A stretch of 38,305 bases of DNA from Octopus bimaculoides (taxonomy: Eukaryota). The translations under genes and the position numbers were made by a program. The DNA lies in contig NC_068994.1 in assembly GCF_001194135.2 (NCBI RefSeq), positions 35,508,187 through 35,546,491 of the forward strand, read 5' to 3'. The notes below the pieces were generated by a model. It saw nothing but the letters and a program-made list of their open reading frames with translations. It searched no databases and was not told where the DNA came from. Of this stretch, positions 23,206 through 33,320 are shown in pieces. Each line of letters starts with the position of its first letter. Position 1 is the first letter of the stretch.

Positions 23206-23244
23206 TTCATTCATACATACATACATACATACATACATACATAC

Positions 23245-23400
23245 AAGTTTGCTTCCTAAAGATATGGTTCTGGGTTCAGTTCAACTGTGCATGGTACCCC
23301 ATGCAAATGTCTTCTACTATAGCCCTGGACCAACCAAAACCTTGCCAAGATGCCATGTAGAACCATGTGCTTAGGAAGCAAGCTTCTTGCCACACAGCCA
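23245..23400. mobile_element. Two SINE A head fragments in opposite orientation (+ 23245-23345, - 23358-23400)
   Basis: TTTGCTTCC...GGGTTCAGTTC... and AACCATGTG...AAGCAAGCTTCTTGCCACACAGCCA. Confidence 0.65.
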
Positions 23401-23800
23401 TTATATCTAAGAAACCAAAAAGTCAGAAAAAATATGCACTCGTTCATTTGTTAATAGAGTGGATATATTAATACTGTACATTTCAATTAATATATGTATA
23501 TATATTTTTCACTTTGGCATAGTGAGAATAATAACCTAATGTAGAACTCAATATACATACATCTCAGAACACAATGTAAGATGGATATAGAGTGGTAATA
23601 AGAAAAAGAGAGAAGACATCAGAAAAAAAAAACAAAATGGTTTTGTAACGAACTTCATTATATTATCTTTGTTTTTTCCGATGTCATCTTTTTATCTTAT
23701 AAATAAAAGAACATATATATATGCACACACACACACATAGGTATGTTGGTGCTAACAGGAAAAATAGAACTTGAAAAATGGCTGTATGTATATTTTTATT

Positions 23801-23999
23801 AATATTTAGCAGAAGTAACAGAGTGACTCAAGGTCCAAGAGTTTTATGCGATAGCACTTACCAAACTAGTCACAGGTTGAAGGCCTGTGAGTTTATATAG
23901 TTATTAAACTCACAGTTCTTTGACCTGTGCTTAGTTTGATAAGTGCCATCACACAAAACTCTTGGACCTTGAGTCACTCTATTACTTCCGTTAAATATT
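23801..23999. mobile_element. Foldback MITE (element about 23805-23995, probable TA target duplication in an AATATT site)
   Basis: 95-bp arms 23801-23895 and 23905-23999, 82/95 complementary with no indels, 9-nt loop. Confidence 0.85.
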
Positions 24000-24434
24000 C
24001 TTTTCTACTCCAGGCACTAGACCTGAAATTTTTTTGGGTCGGGGTGGCAGTTGATTAGCTTGACTGCAGTATGCAACTGGTACTTAATTTATTGATCCCG
24101 AAAGGATGAAAGGCAAAGTCACCCTCGGCGGAATTTGAACTCAGAGTGTAAAGACAGACAAAATACTGCTAAACATTTCGCCCGACATGCTAACGTTTCT
24201 TATTTCTTTATTGCCAACAAGGGGTTAAACATAGAGGGGACAAACAAGGACAGACAAAGGGATTAAGTCGATTACATCAGTCCCTGTGCGTAACTGGTAC
24301 TTATTTAATTGACCCCAAAAGGATGAAAGGCTAAGTTGACCTCGGCGGAATTTGAATTCAGAATGTAGCGGCAGACGAAATACTGCTAAGCATTTCGCCC
24401 GGCGTGCTAACGATTCTGCCAGCTCGCCACCTTA
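23999..24434 (-). mobile_element. Two tandem SINE B copies (23999-24200, 24201-24434), the second with a distinct 3' tail
   Basis: Two GAAAGGATGAAAGGC...CCTCGGCGGAATTTGAA blocks; CpG-rich, so probably young. Confidence 0.9.
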
Positions 24435-24537
24435 CTTCTGTTAAATATTAATAAATATGTGTGTGTGTGTGTGTGTGTGTTTTGTGCAGTAATGAGTGTA
24501 CAAAGAAAAAAGTCCTTAACACACATGGTGCATCATA

Positions 24538-24956
24538 CTGTTTTCAAATTTTGGCACAAGGCTGGCCAGCAAGTTCAGAGGAGGAGTAAGTCAATTACTT
24601 CAACTCCAGTGGCTCTACTAGCACTGATTTTATCCACCTTGGAAGGATGAACGGCAAAGTCAACTTTGGTGGAATTTGAACTCAGAACGTAAAGACTGAT
24701 AAAATGCAGCTAAACATTTCATCCAGTGTGCTAATGATTCTTTTTTACTATAGGCACAAGGCCTGAAATTTTGAAGGGGGGGGGCGAGTCGATATGATCG
24801 ACGCCAGTGCACAACTGGTACTTAATTTATCGCCCCTGAAAGGATGAAAGGCAAAGTTGACCTCGGTGGAATTTGAACTCAGAATGGAGCGAAAGGCGAA
24901 ATACTGCTAAACATTTCGTCCAGTGTGCTTAATGATCCTGCCAGCTCACTACCTTT
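24538..24956 (-). mobile_element. Two tandem SINE B copies (24538-24742, 24743-24956)
   Basis: Same core and head blocks; different 3' ends (TTTCAAATTTTGGCACAAGG vs TTTACTATAGGCACAAGGCCTGAAATT). Confidence 0.88.
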
Positions 24957-25895
24957 ACATAAGGTACAGTCACTCAAACTCACACTCACGTACACACACA
25001 CACACACACAGAAACACATACAACATTCTCACGCAAGCACACACACACACTTCCACAAACACATATAGACACAGACAAGCACATACATTCACACACAGAT
25101 ATTAGTTTTCCAGATAAGGAAAAACAAGAAAATGTGACAGTCATTCGAGTTAGGGATCGAAACCTGATCGCAGCCTTTTGACATCTTACTCACACAATCA
25201 TAACTACAAGTTTTCTGTAACTTTGTGTGTACGTGGGTTTGAATTTGTACATCGGCATACTCGTATGTGTGTGTGTGTGCCTGCGCCTATGTTTGTGTTT
25301 GTATGTGCTTCTGTTTATGTGTGTATGAGCTTGCATGTGAATGTATGTGCTTTTGTGTGTGTGTATGTGTGCGCGCGCGTGCTTGTGTGTTTGAGTGAAG
25401 GTTTGTGCTTGTGTGTGCCTGCGTTAGCGCGAGTGTGTGTTAGACGTGTGTCGTAAGGAAAGCTGCATCTATCATATTTTCCGTAATAGAATATCAGAGT
25501 TGTAGATATTAGTGCGTTTTTGTTCGCTCGTGGTTATAGGATAAAATGTGTGTGTGAATATACAGAAAAGAGAGAGAGAAAGGAAAAAAGACGGATAGAA
25601 AAACAGAGAGACAAAGAGAAAAAGGAAGATAATCAGTTGTATTCCTTACATGCGTGTGTGCATGAAAAATCTTCCACCGATGGACGGTAATCGATGTAGG
25701 GGAGAAAACTCTTCACTGACTTAAAACAATCGGTGATAAAAGTTCTTTTTGTTTGAACACTGACATAAGACCGAGAGTTCGAACTTTCTGTTGAGGTTCT
25801 GTAGTATTCTGAACAGGTTGTCTTTTATGAATTTTCTAAGTTTTTTTTAAGGATTTGATATAATAATAAAACAACAACAATAATAATAATAATAA

Positions 25896-27280
25896 GACTA
25901 TCAAACCTACAAAAACTCGAAAATTGAAGAAAAAATATTATATGAAAACCATATTTAATATTGATACCACCATAGAAACCATCACGTAAAAGGGGTGTGC
26001 TAAAGTAAGGTATGTGCATAGTAAGGTATGAAAAGCGCTTTTGATTCTTCAAAAACAACCCCAAAAATTTTTGCAGGAAGATAAGGAAAATACCAGTTAC
26101 ATACAGTAAAGTCTGTCCCATCGAAAGAAGAAGTGCAGGAATTTTGGAATTAAATTTTGGCAGAAGAAAAAACACACAATGAAAAGGTCCCTTGGATTGA
26201 TAGAATATCTACAGACTTAGACTCCTTAGAAGAGCAAAAGTAGTGTCAAGGTAGATGTAAGATCTGCTCTCACGAAGTCAAGCAAATGAAAGTCTCCAGG
26301 AAAGGATAAAATTCCTAACTTCTAGTTGAATGCCTTCCCAGAGAGCCATGAACTGCTAACAAAACTTTACAACAATGTTTTGCAACCATCAATGGTTAAT
26401 GGCTTCTGGCTTAAAATCAGAAACAGAAGGGTTTAACATAGCAGCCCAAGATCAATGCCTACCTACAAGAAACTACTAGGCCAACATATTAAAGAACGGC
26501 AGCTGCCCAACATGTCGTGTATGTCAACAACAAAGTGAAACAATTGATTATGTTGTCTCCATATGCAGTCTTCTTGCACCTACAGAGCATCTCAACTGGC
26601 ATGATAGAGCTGCACTATATATTCACTGGGTAATTTGCAACAACCTGGACTTGCCCCATGATAAAAACTGGTGGGAATACAAACCACCTCCAGTGCTTGA
26701 AAATGATCACATCTCACTCCTCTGGAACTTCACCGTTGAAACAGACAGTAAGATAGATGCAAATAGGCCAGACATTATATAGAAAGACTTCGGACAAAAA
26801 TCATGCCTCCTCATTGATATGACTGTCCCAATTGATATAAATGTATCTGTCAAGATCAAGATCTACCAAAATCTGAGCAAGTATAAAGATTTTGAAATAG
26901 AAATTGGCAAAATGTGGAACCTGAAGACTAAAACAATACCTGTTATCATAGGTGCCCTAGGAATGATAGCAAAAGGGGCTGATTGCTGCCTAGCTCAGAT
27001 ACCAGGAAACCCCAAAATGGCAGATATTCAAAAGATAGTGTTCGTGGGAACTGCCCATATCCTAAGTAAAATACTGTCTATGTAATCTCAAATTTTAAAA
27101 CAGACTCATAATTTTCTTATATTTTCTTAAACATTCTCTAGAACGATACTTTATAAAAACCAAATATATGTCACCCTAGGCATAACACCAACATTAACTT
27201 GTAACTTGTTATCTCTTGAGGTCTCTGGGTGAGACTTCGAGGCAACTTGTACAAATACAAAGCAAAAGTCAAACATAAAA
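25896..27280 (+). mobile_element. R4/Dong-type non-LTR retrotransposon relic (restriction-like endonuclease), 5'-truncated, RT region deleted, flanked by (TAA)n
   Basis: Pre-RT region (VPSKEEVQEFWN, KSPGKDKIPNF.LNAFPESHELLTKLYNNVLQ) joined at about 26385 to HQWLMASGLKSETEG..AAQDQCLPTRNY, CRVC..ETIDYVVSIC knuckle, RPDII..LLIDMT..KYKD PD-(D/E)xK motif, IPVIIGALG, stop at 27085, 3'UTR. Confidence 0.9.
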
Positions 27281-27293
27281 TAATAATAATAAT

Positions 27294-27490
27294 AATCCTT
27301 TCTACTATAAGTACAAGGCTTGACATTTGTGGGGAGCGGACTAGTTGATTACATCACTTCCAGTATTTCATTGACCCCGAAAGGATGAAAGGCAAAGTCA
27401 ACCTCAGCAGAATTTGTACTCAGAATGTAAGGACATAGGAAATGCCACTAAGTATTGCACCTGGTGTACCAACGATTCTGCCAGCTCGCC

Positions 27491-27522
<32 letters not shown>

Positions 27523-27620
27523 CCTTTCTACTATCAGCACAAGGCCTGAAAATTTTGCAGGAGGGAACTAGTTGGTTACATTGAACCCAGTGTTCAACTG
27601 GTACTTATTTTATTGACCCC
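27294..27620 (-). mobile_element. Two tandem SINE B copies (27294-27492, 27520 into gap) separated by (TAA)n
   Basis: TAATCCTTTCTACTATA...GACCCCGAAAGGATGAAAGGCAAAGTC...CTGCCAGCTCGCC. Confidence 0.88.
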
Positions 27621-28300
27621 NNNNNNNNNNNNNNNNNNNNNNNNNNNNNNNNNNNNNNNNNNNNNNNNNNNNNNNNNNNNNNNNNNNNNNNNNNNNNNNN
27701 NNNNNNNNNNNNNNNNNNNNNNNNNNNNNNNNNNNNNNNNNNNNNNNNNNNNNNNNNNNNNNNNNNNNNNNNNNNNNNNNNNNNNNNNNNNNNNNNNNNN
27801 NNNNNNNNNNNNNNNNNNNNNNNNNNNNNNNNNNNNNNNNNNNNNNNNNNNNNNNNNNNNNNNNNNNNNNNNNTTTTTGGCAAGTATGTGGGTAAGCATG
27901 TGTGTGTTTAAAGCGAGGGTAGTTTTAGTATATAAATATAGGCGAATGTATGGATTGGTGCGCTTACGCGAACCTACAAACTTCTCTACTCCCTTACCTT
28001 TACCTTACTTAGCGGTCTATTAGCTCTTTTGTCTTAATGATGGTCACCACACAGTAATTTCCCTTTGTTTAACGGTCATTTTTCACAGGAATTTTCAATG
28101 GCCGGATAACTGAAGAGATGTTGGCGTGGGTTCCCACCTCGGGCATCCAAAACTTGGAGTTTTATCATGGCTACCGAATAAGTGTCACATATTTTTACAG
28201 ATAAATTCCTCTATTTACATAATATTGAGGTCTCTTTCTTTTGCTGTCCTTCCTATCAATATATGTATATATATATATACATACACACATATATATACAT

Positions 28301-28345
<45 letters not shown>

Positions 28346-28542
28346 CANNNNNNNNNNNNNNNNNNNNNNNNNNNNNNNNNNNNNNNNNNNNNNNNNNNNN
28401 NNNNNNNNNNNNNNNNNNNNNNNNNNNNNNNNNNNNNNNNNNNNNNNNNNNNNNNNNNNNNNNNNNNNNNNNNNNNNNNNNNNNNNNNNNNNNNNNNNNN
28501 NNNNNNNNNNNNNNNNNNNNNNNNNNNNNNNNNNNNNNNNNN

Positions 28543-28587
<45 letters not shown>

Positions 28588-28599
28588 TGGGAAAAGTGT

Positions 28600-29390
28600 A
28601 AAAGATGGTTGGGAGAGTGGCTGTAATTTAAGCAAAGAATAGTAAAGAATAAAAAACTTAACAAGGTAGGAAAATTGAACAACAAAAGAGCCATGTAAAA
28701 GAAAGGATGCTTAGGCAGGCATTTAAAGTGTTGGTGAATTTTGGAAAGCATGGAAGTTTTGAAGGATGTGGTGTCCCGACAGCTAATAACTGGCAAGAGT
28801 TATTTATTCCATGCTTTGAAGTAAAAGGCTGTGTCTATGATCTTCATAAAGCCCTTTGGAGACTTGTGAAATGAAAGCAGTTCACATTTTTCTTATTCTA
28901 GTACTAAAGTCCATGGCTACAGGTAAAAAAAAATATATGAATGGAGGGAATTTTTCAAGGATAAACATTCTAGGATTGGGAGAGAACTGAAGATAATAGT
29001 TAATGTAGGGACTATGGAATGGATAGACACAATATAGGTAACTAGATAGGGAGACATGCAGAAAGGAATGGGTTTGTTTGGGGATGGTATGCAAACAGCT
29101 AGCAGTGGTCACTGTACAGTTGTCAGAAAATGTAAGAACAAGGAGCCAAAACGTCTGTGAACCAGACGTTGGTGTGTGCTGGTAAGGGGTTCAATGCCAA
29201 ACAGTCAGGTGTTTTCAGAAATAGCAATCAGTTTTCAGGGAAAGGTCAATAAGACTGATTGATACATACATTAGTACATGAATCTGATCACAAAAGGTCA
29301 AGCATTTGAGTGTATTTGTTGCACTGATAGTGTGGACAGGAATATGAGGGAGTAATATATACAGTAAGGGTCTTTGCTAGTGCTCAAATA
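28600..29390 (-). mobile_element. Strongly decayed CR1/Jockey-group LINE 3' region
   Basis: Minus-strand fragments TQMLDL, ISLIDLS, HRRFGSLFL..YSDHC and YFKAWNK*LLPVISCRDTTSFKTSM resemble the post-RT HRR..SL..FY.YY and WNxLP...FK motifs; many frameshifts. Confidence 0.5.
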
Positions 29391-29439
29391 TTTATTTGCA
29401 TGAACTAAACACAAATGTCAAACAAATATTTTTTTTTAA

Positions 29440-29800
29440 CATATTACACACACACACACACTTATGATTATTATGTGATATAAAGTCAAGAAGACAGTAA
29501 CACACACACACACACACACACAGACACACACACACACACACACAGACACAGTCACACACATGCGTGAAAATATACACATTCACACTCACACGTACACATA
29601 CATGCATACGCACACAGGCATGTGTGCACACAAATACACATGCACACACACAGACACAGTCACACACATGCGTGAACATATACACATTCACACTCACACA
29701 TGCACATACATGCACACACACACACACACATATGTGCACACATATACACATGCACACACAAAAATACACATATCCACACATATACACACATACACATATA
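29440..29800. repeat. Degenerate (CA)n field containing a 108-bp-period duplication
   Basis: CAGACACAGTCACACACATGCGTGAA(A/C)ATATACACATTCACACTCACAC begins at 29543 and 29651. Confidence 0.85.
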
Positions 29801-29811
29801 CACTTATGTAC

Positions 29812-29952
29812 AATAGGTTTCTTTCAGTTTCTATCTACCAAATCCACCCCAAAAGCTTTTGGTTGGCCCAGGGCTGTTGTGGAAGACACATAACCGAATG
29901 AGACTTAAACCAAAACCGTGCTGCTGGTAAGCAAACTTCTTGCTACACAGTC
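29812..29952 (-). mobile_element. SINE family A head
   Basis: TTTCTTTCAGTTTCTATCTACCAAATCCAC...GTAAGCAAACTTCTTGCTACACAG. Confidence 0.75.
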
Positions 29953-30578
29953 ATCACTGTATTTACATGTTTTCTTAAAGTTTGGTTTGCCTGTTTGGCC
30001 ACTGAATTTTAAAACCAATAACATTCCAAATTCACACTGTGGCCTTTGCTTAAGGAAAATGAGGAAGAACTTGCAATTAGAGCAAATTTAATTGTAGCAT
30101 ATTCTAGAGGTGAGATGGTTTTGGAAAGTAATTTCCTCAGGTGAATTGGCAATTAAATGAAAGAACGGCTATCATCAGAAATGGAAACCAATAAACATTG
30201 GCCAGGTGAATACTCTTGGCACAGCTGAAAATAGATCTGCCGAGCATGCAAATGTTACATGTTAGAGGAACCGGTAAGAAGATTGGAATAAATTGTCTTG
30301 GTGCTTAAAATAAACTGGTACATAAATTGTTTCTCTTTATTAGTAGTAATATTTTTTTTTTGTTTTTGTCTTTATCATGATAAGACTTTTCTTAGAGGGG
30401 TATTTGTTTTGGTAAAATTGATATTAAAAGAAAATTGCTATAACAGGAGATTCCATGAGTAATGTACACCTTCTTAAAACAGTTTCTTTTGGAAATTTTA
30501 GTTGCAAGGTTTAAAAAGTGATATTGTTGATATATGTAAAAGAAAACACAGACACATTTTTCATATATATCATATATA

Positions 30579-31062
30579 GGCACAAGCATGGCTGTGGTTA
30601 AGAAGCTCACTTTGCAACCATATAGTTTTAGGTTCAGTCCTACTGCAGAGCCCCTAGAGCAAGTGACTTCTACAAGAGCTCCAGGCTGACCAATACCTTG
30701 GTAAAAGTCTGTGTGTGTGTGTGTGTGTGCATGCGTGCATGTGTGTATGTCCTGTATGTGCATGCATGTGTGAGTATGTGTTTGTGTGAGTGTGTGTATG
30801 TGTAAGTGTGTGCATGCGTGCGTGCGTGTGTATGTGTGGGTGTGTGAGTGTGATCATGTTTATGTTTGTCTCTGACCACTGCATGAGAACTTGTGTTGAT
30901 TTGTTTACATCCCCATAACTTAGCAGTTCAGTCAAAGGGACTGATGGGTCAAGGTACCAGACTTAAAATAAGTACTGGGGCTGATTTGTTGGACTAAGCC
31001 CTTCTAGGTAGAACTCCAGCATGACCACAGTCTAATGACTGAAACCAGTGAAATAAAAAAGA
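30579..31062 (+). mobile_element. SINE family A, full-length
   Basis: GGCACAAGCATGGCTGTGGTTAAGAAG head, expanded central TG tract, 3' CAGTCTAATGACTGAAAC. Confidence 0.85.
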
Positions 31063-31104
31063 AGAGAAACATAAAAGTATACAGACATTTTCTCTCTGCA
31101 TATA

Positions 31105-31412
31105 TTCTTTTATTCTTCTATTCTTTTACTTGTTTTACTCATTTGACTGTTTCCATGCTGGAGCACCACCTTTAGTCGAACAAATTGACCTCAGGACTTA
31201 TTCTTTGTAAGCCTAGTACTTATTCTATTAGCCTCTTTTGCCAAACTGCTAAGTTATGGGGACATAAACACACCAACTCTGGTTGTCAAGCGGTGGTGGG
31301 AGACAAACAAAAACACACACACATATATATACATGGTGTGCTTCTTTCAGTTTCCATCTATCAAATCCACTCACATGGCTTTGGTTTGTCTGTGGCTATA
31401 TAGTAGAAGACC
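31105..31412 (-). mobile_element. SINE family A, head truncated at the 31418-31461 palindrome
   Basis: Reverse complement of A from its 3' end to TATAGTAGAAGAC. Confidence 0.85.
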
Positions 31413-31417
31413 TTATT

Positions 31418-31461
31418 CTAAGTGGACGTCCATTATGCTAGTATAATGGACGTCTACTTAG
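31418..31461. repeat. 44-bp near-perfect palindrome
   Basis: CTAAGTGGACGTCCATTATGCTAGTATAATGGACGTCTACTTAG; 20/22 pairs canonical. Confidence 0.9.
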
Positions 31462-31614
31462 TGGTCATCCCTCTTATATGTATGTAATATAATTTTTCTG
31501 AATCTTCAGATTTTTCAATATGCTAGGCCATTGGTTTTAAATTGATATTAATCAAATTAATATTCAATTTTTCACCCTTATTATTTAAATTTATACAAAT
31601 ATTTATATATGTAT

Positions 31615-31880
31615 GATGGACTCTGCCATCGAAGATGACATACGAGTGTTCAGTTTTTGCTGAACAAGCTACACAAATGATTTGTTTATAGTGATCAAAT
31701 GTTTGTGCTGCACATTAGTTCACTCTCTCCATCAAATCAATGTTGTCTGAACAGGTGCACAGGTGTACCATGCATCAGGTATTGAAATGATAGCAGAACA
31801 ATGTGAGATAAAGTGTTTTGCTCAAGAGGAACAATGCACCGCCCAGTCTACCAATTGAAATCACAATCACTAGAATGTGA
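31615..31880 (-). mobile_element. SINE with a family-C-type head/CORE but a different 3' part
   Basis: Minus strand AGTAGTTAGGGTG...TTGAGCAAAACACTTTATCTCAC matches 14985-15080; downstream sequence differs. Confidence 0.55.
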
Positions 31881-31889
31881 ATGCAACAC

Positions 31890-32122
31890 CCTAACTACTG
31901 TGTGTGTGTCTTTGTGTCTGTGTTTGTCCCCCACCACCACTTGACAACCAGTGCTGGTATGTTTACATCCCTGTAACATAGCTGTTCAGCAAAAAAGACT
32001 GATAGAATAAAATGCCAGGTTTAAAAAAATAAGTACTGAGGTCGATTCATTCAACTAAAAGTTTTTTGAGGCTGTGCCCCAGCATGGCCACAATCTAATG
32101 ACTGGAACACGTAAGAGATAAA
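31890..32122 (+). mobile_element. SINE family A 3' part
   Basis: TGTTTGTCCCCCACCACCACTTGACAACC...GATAGAATAAA...CCCAGCATGGCCACAATCTAATGACTG. Confidence 0.85.
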
Positions 32123-32940
32123 ACAATAATACAAATACAGAAACTAAACGCAATAGAAAGAAAGTGGAACTTCTAAAAAGTTTATCTATCTAACTTTAAT
32201 AAGAATAACATACACACCTATAAAAAAAAAAATGACATATACATTTATAAAAGACCTGAAAGACAGATTCAGCAACTGAACTGCTCACTTCTCCCTCAAT
32301 GGCAAAACAACAAAAATAAGAATTTTCCACAGAAAATTGTAAAATAAATCCTGTTAATAATGACACGTACAAAAGCAATTCACATTGATTTGTTTTTGTT
32401 CCAAGTTCAGCCAGAGGTGAGATGAAATTATCGACTGGTTGTGACTGTTACATCAGTAAAAGCTACTCCATTGATCAAAAGGTTGCTGTTTATTATTTCC
32501 AATAACCCCAGCGACTAACCAATCTCTCGAAATAGCATCTGTTTGACTCATCATTGCATGCTATGTAATACTATATCTTCAAACATGAAAGCTGTCATTG
32601 CATAACCATTCTAGTCTGATTAGGAAAAAAAAAAAAAAAGGATAAGGAAAAGTAAAAGGAATAATATTTTTAGACATTTTACTTGAAATAATGTCATGTG
32701 AGGTCCACAGAAAGGTTGGAAGTAATCTTCTGGTGAGCAGAGTCTGTAACATGTGTTCGTTTTTAGGTTGAAGCATTTTACCCCATAAACTTCTTGTGTT
32801 CTTGCTGTTTTCAACTGTATTGAACAGTCGAGAGAAAGACGAGTTCTGCCAGGTTAACCAGCTTTTTTATGTTCCATAAAGACACCGTTTTTGTTGGTGA
32901 CAAAAACAGAAAACAAAAAGAAAACAACAAAAACATGTGA

Positions 32941-33320
32941 CTAAGAAGCTCACTTTGCAACCACATGGTTTTAGGTTCAGTCCCACAGTGCAGCACTGTG
33001 GGCAAGTGTCCTCTGCTATAGCCATGGACCAACCAAAGCTTTGTGAGTGGATTTGGTAGATGGAGCTGTGTGGAAGCTGGCTGTGTGTGTGTATGTGCAT
33101 ATTTATCTTTGTGTTTGTTCCTCCCTGCTCCACTTGAAATCCAGTATTGGTTTGTTTATGTCCTATAACTTAGTGGTTCAGCATAAAAAAAAATTTAAAA
33201 AACCCGATAGAATAAGTACCAGATTTTTAAAAAAACAAGCAAACATAAGTGCTAGGGTCAATTTGTTGGAGTAAACTCCTTAAGGTATGGCTGCAGTCAA
33301 ATGTCTGAAACAAGTAAAAA
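32941..33320 (+). mobile_element. SINE family A
   Basis: AAGAAGCTCACTTTGCAACCACATGG...GGTTCAGTCCC...GGGCAAGTGTC...CAGTCAAATGTCTGAAACAAGTAAAA. Confidence 0.85.

Noticed and set aside
26819-27085. 88-aa ORF as a host gene
   Set aside because: It is the endonuclease C-terminus of the R4/Dong relic
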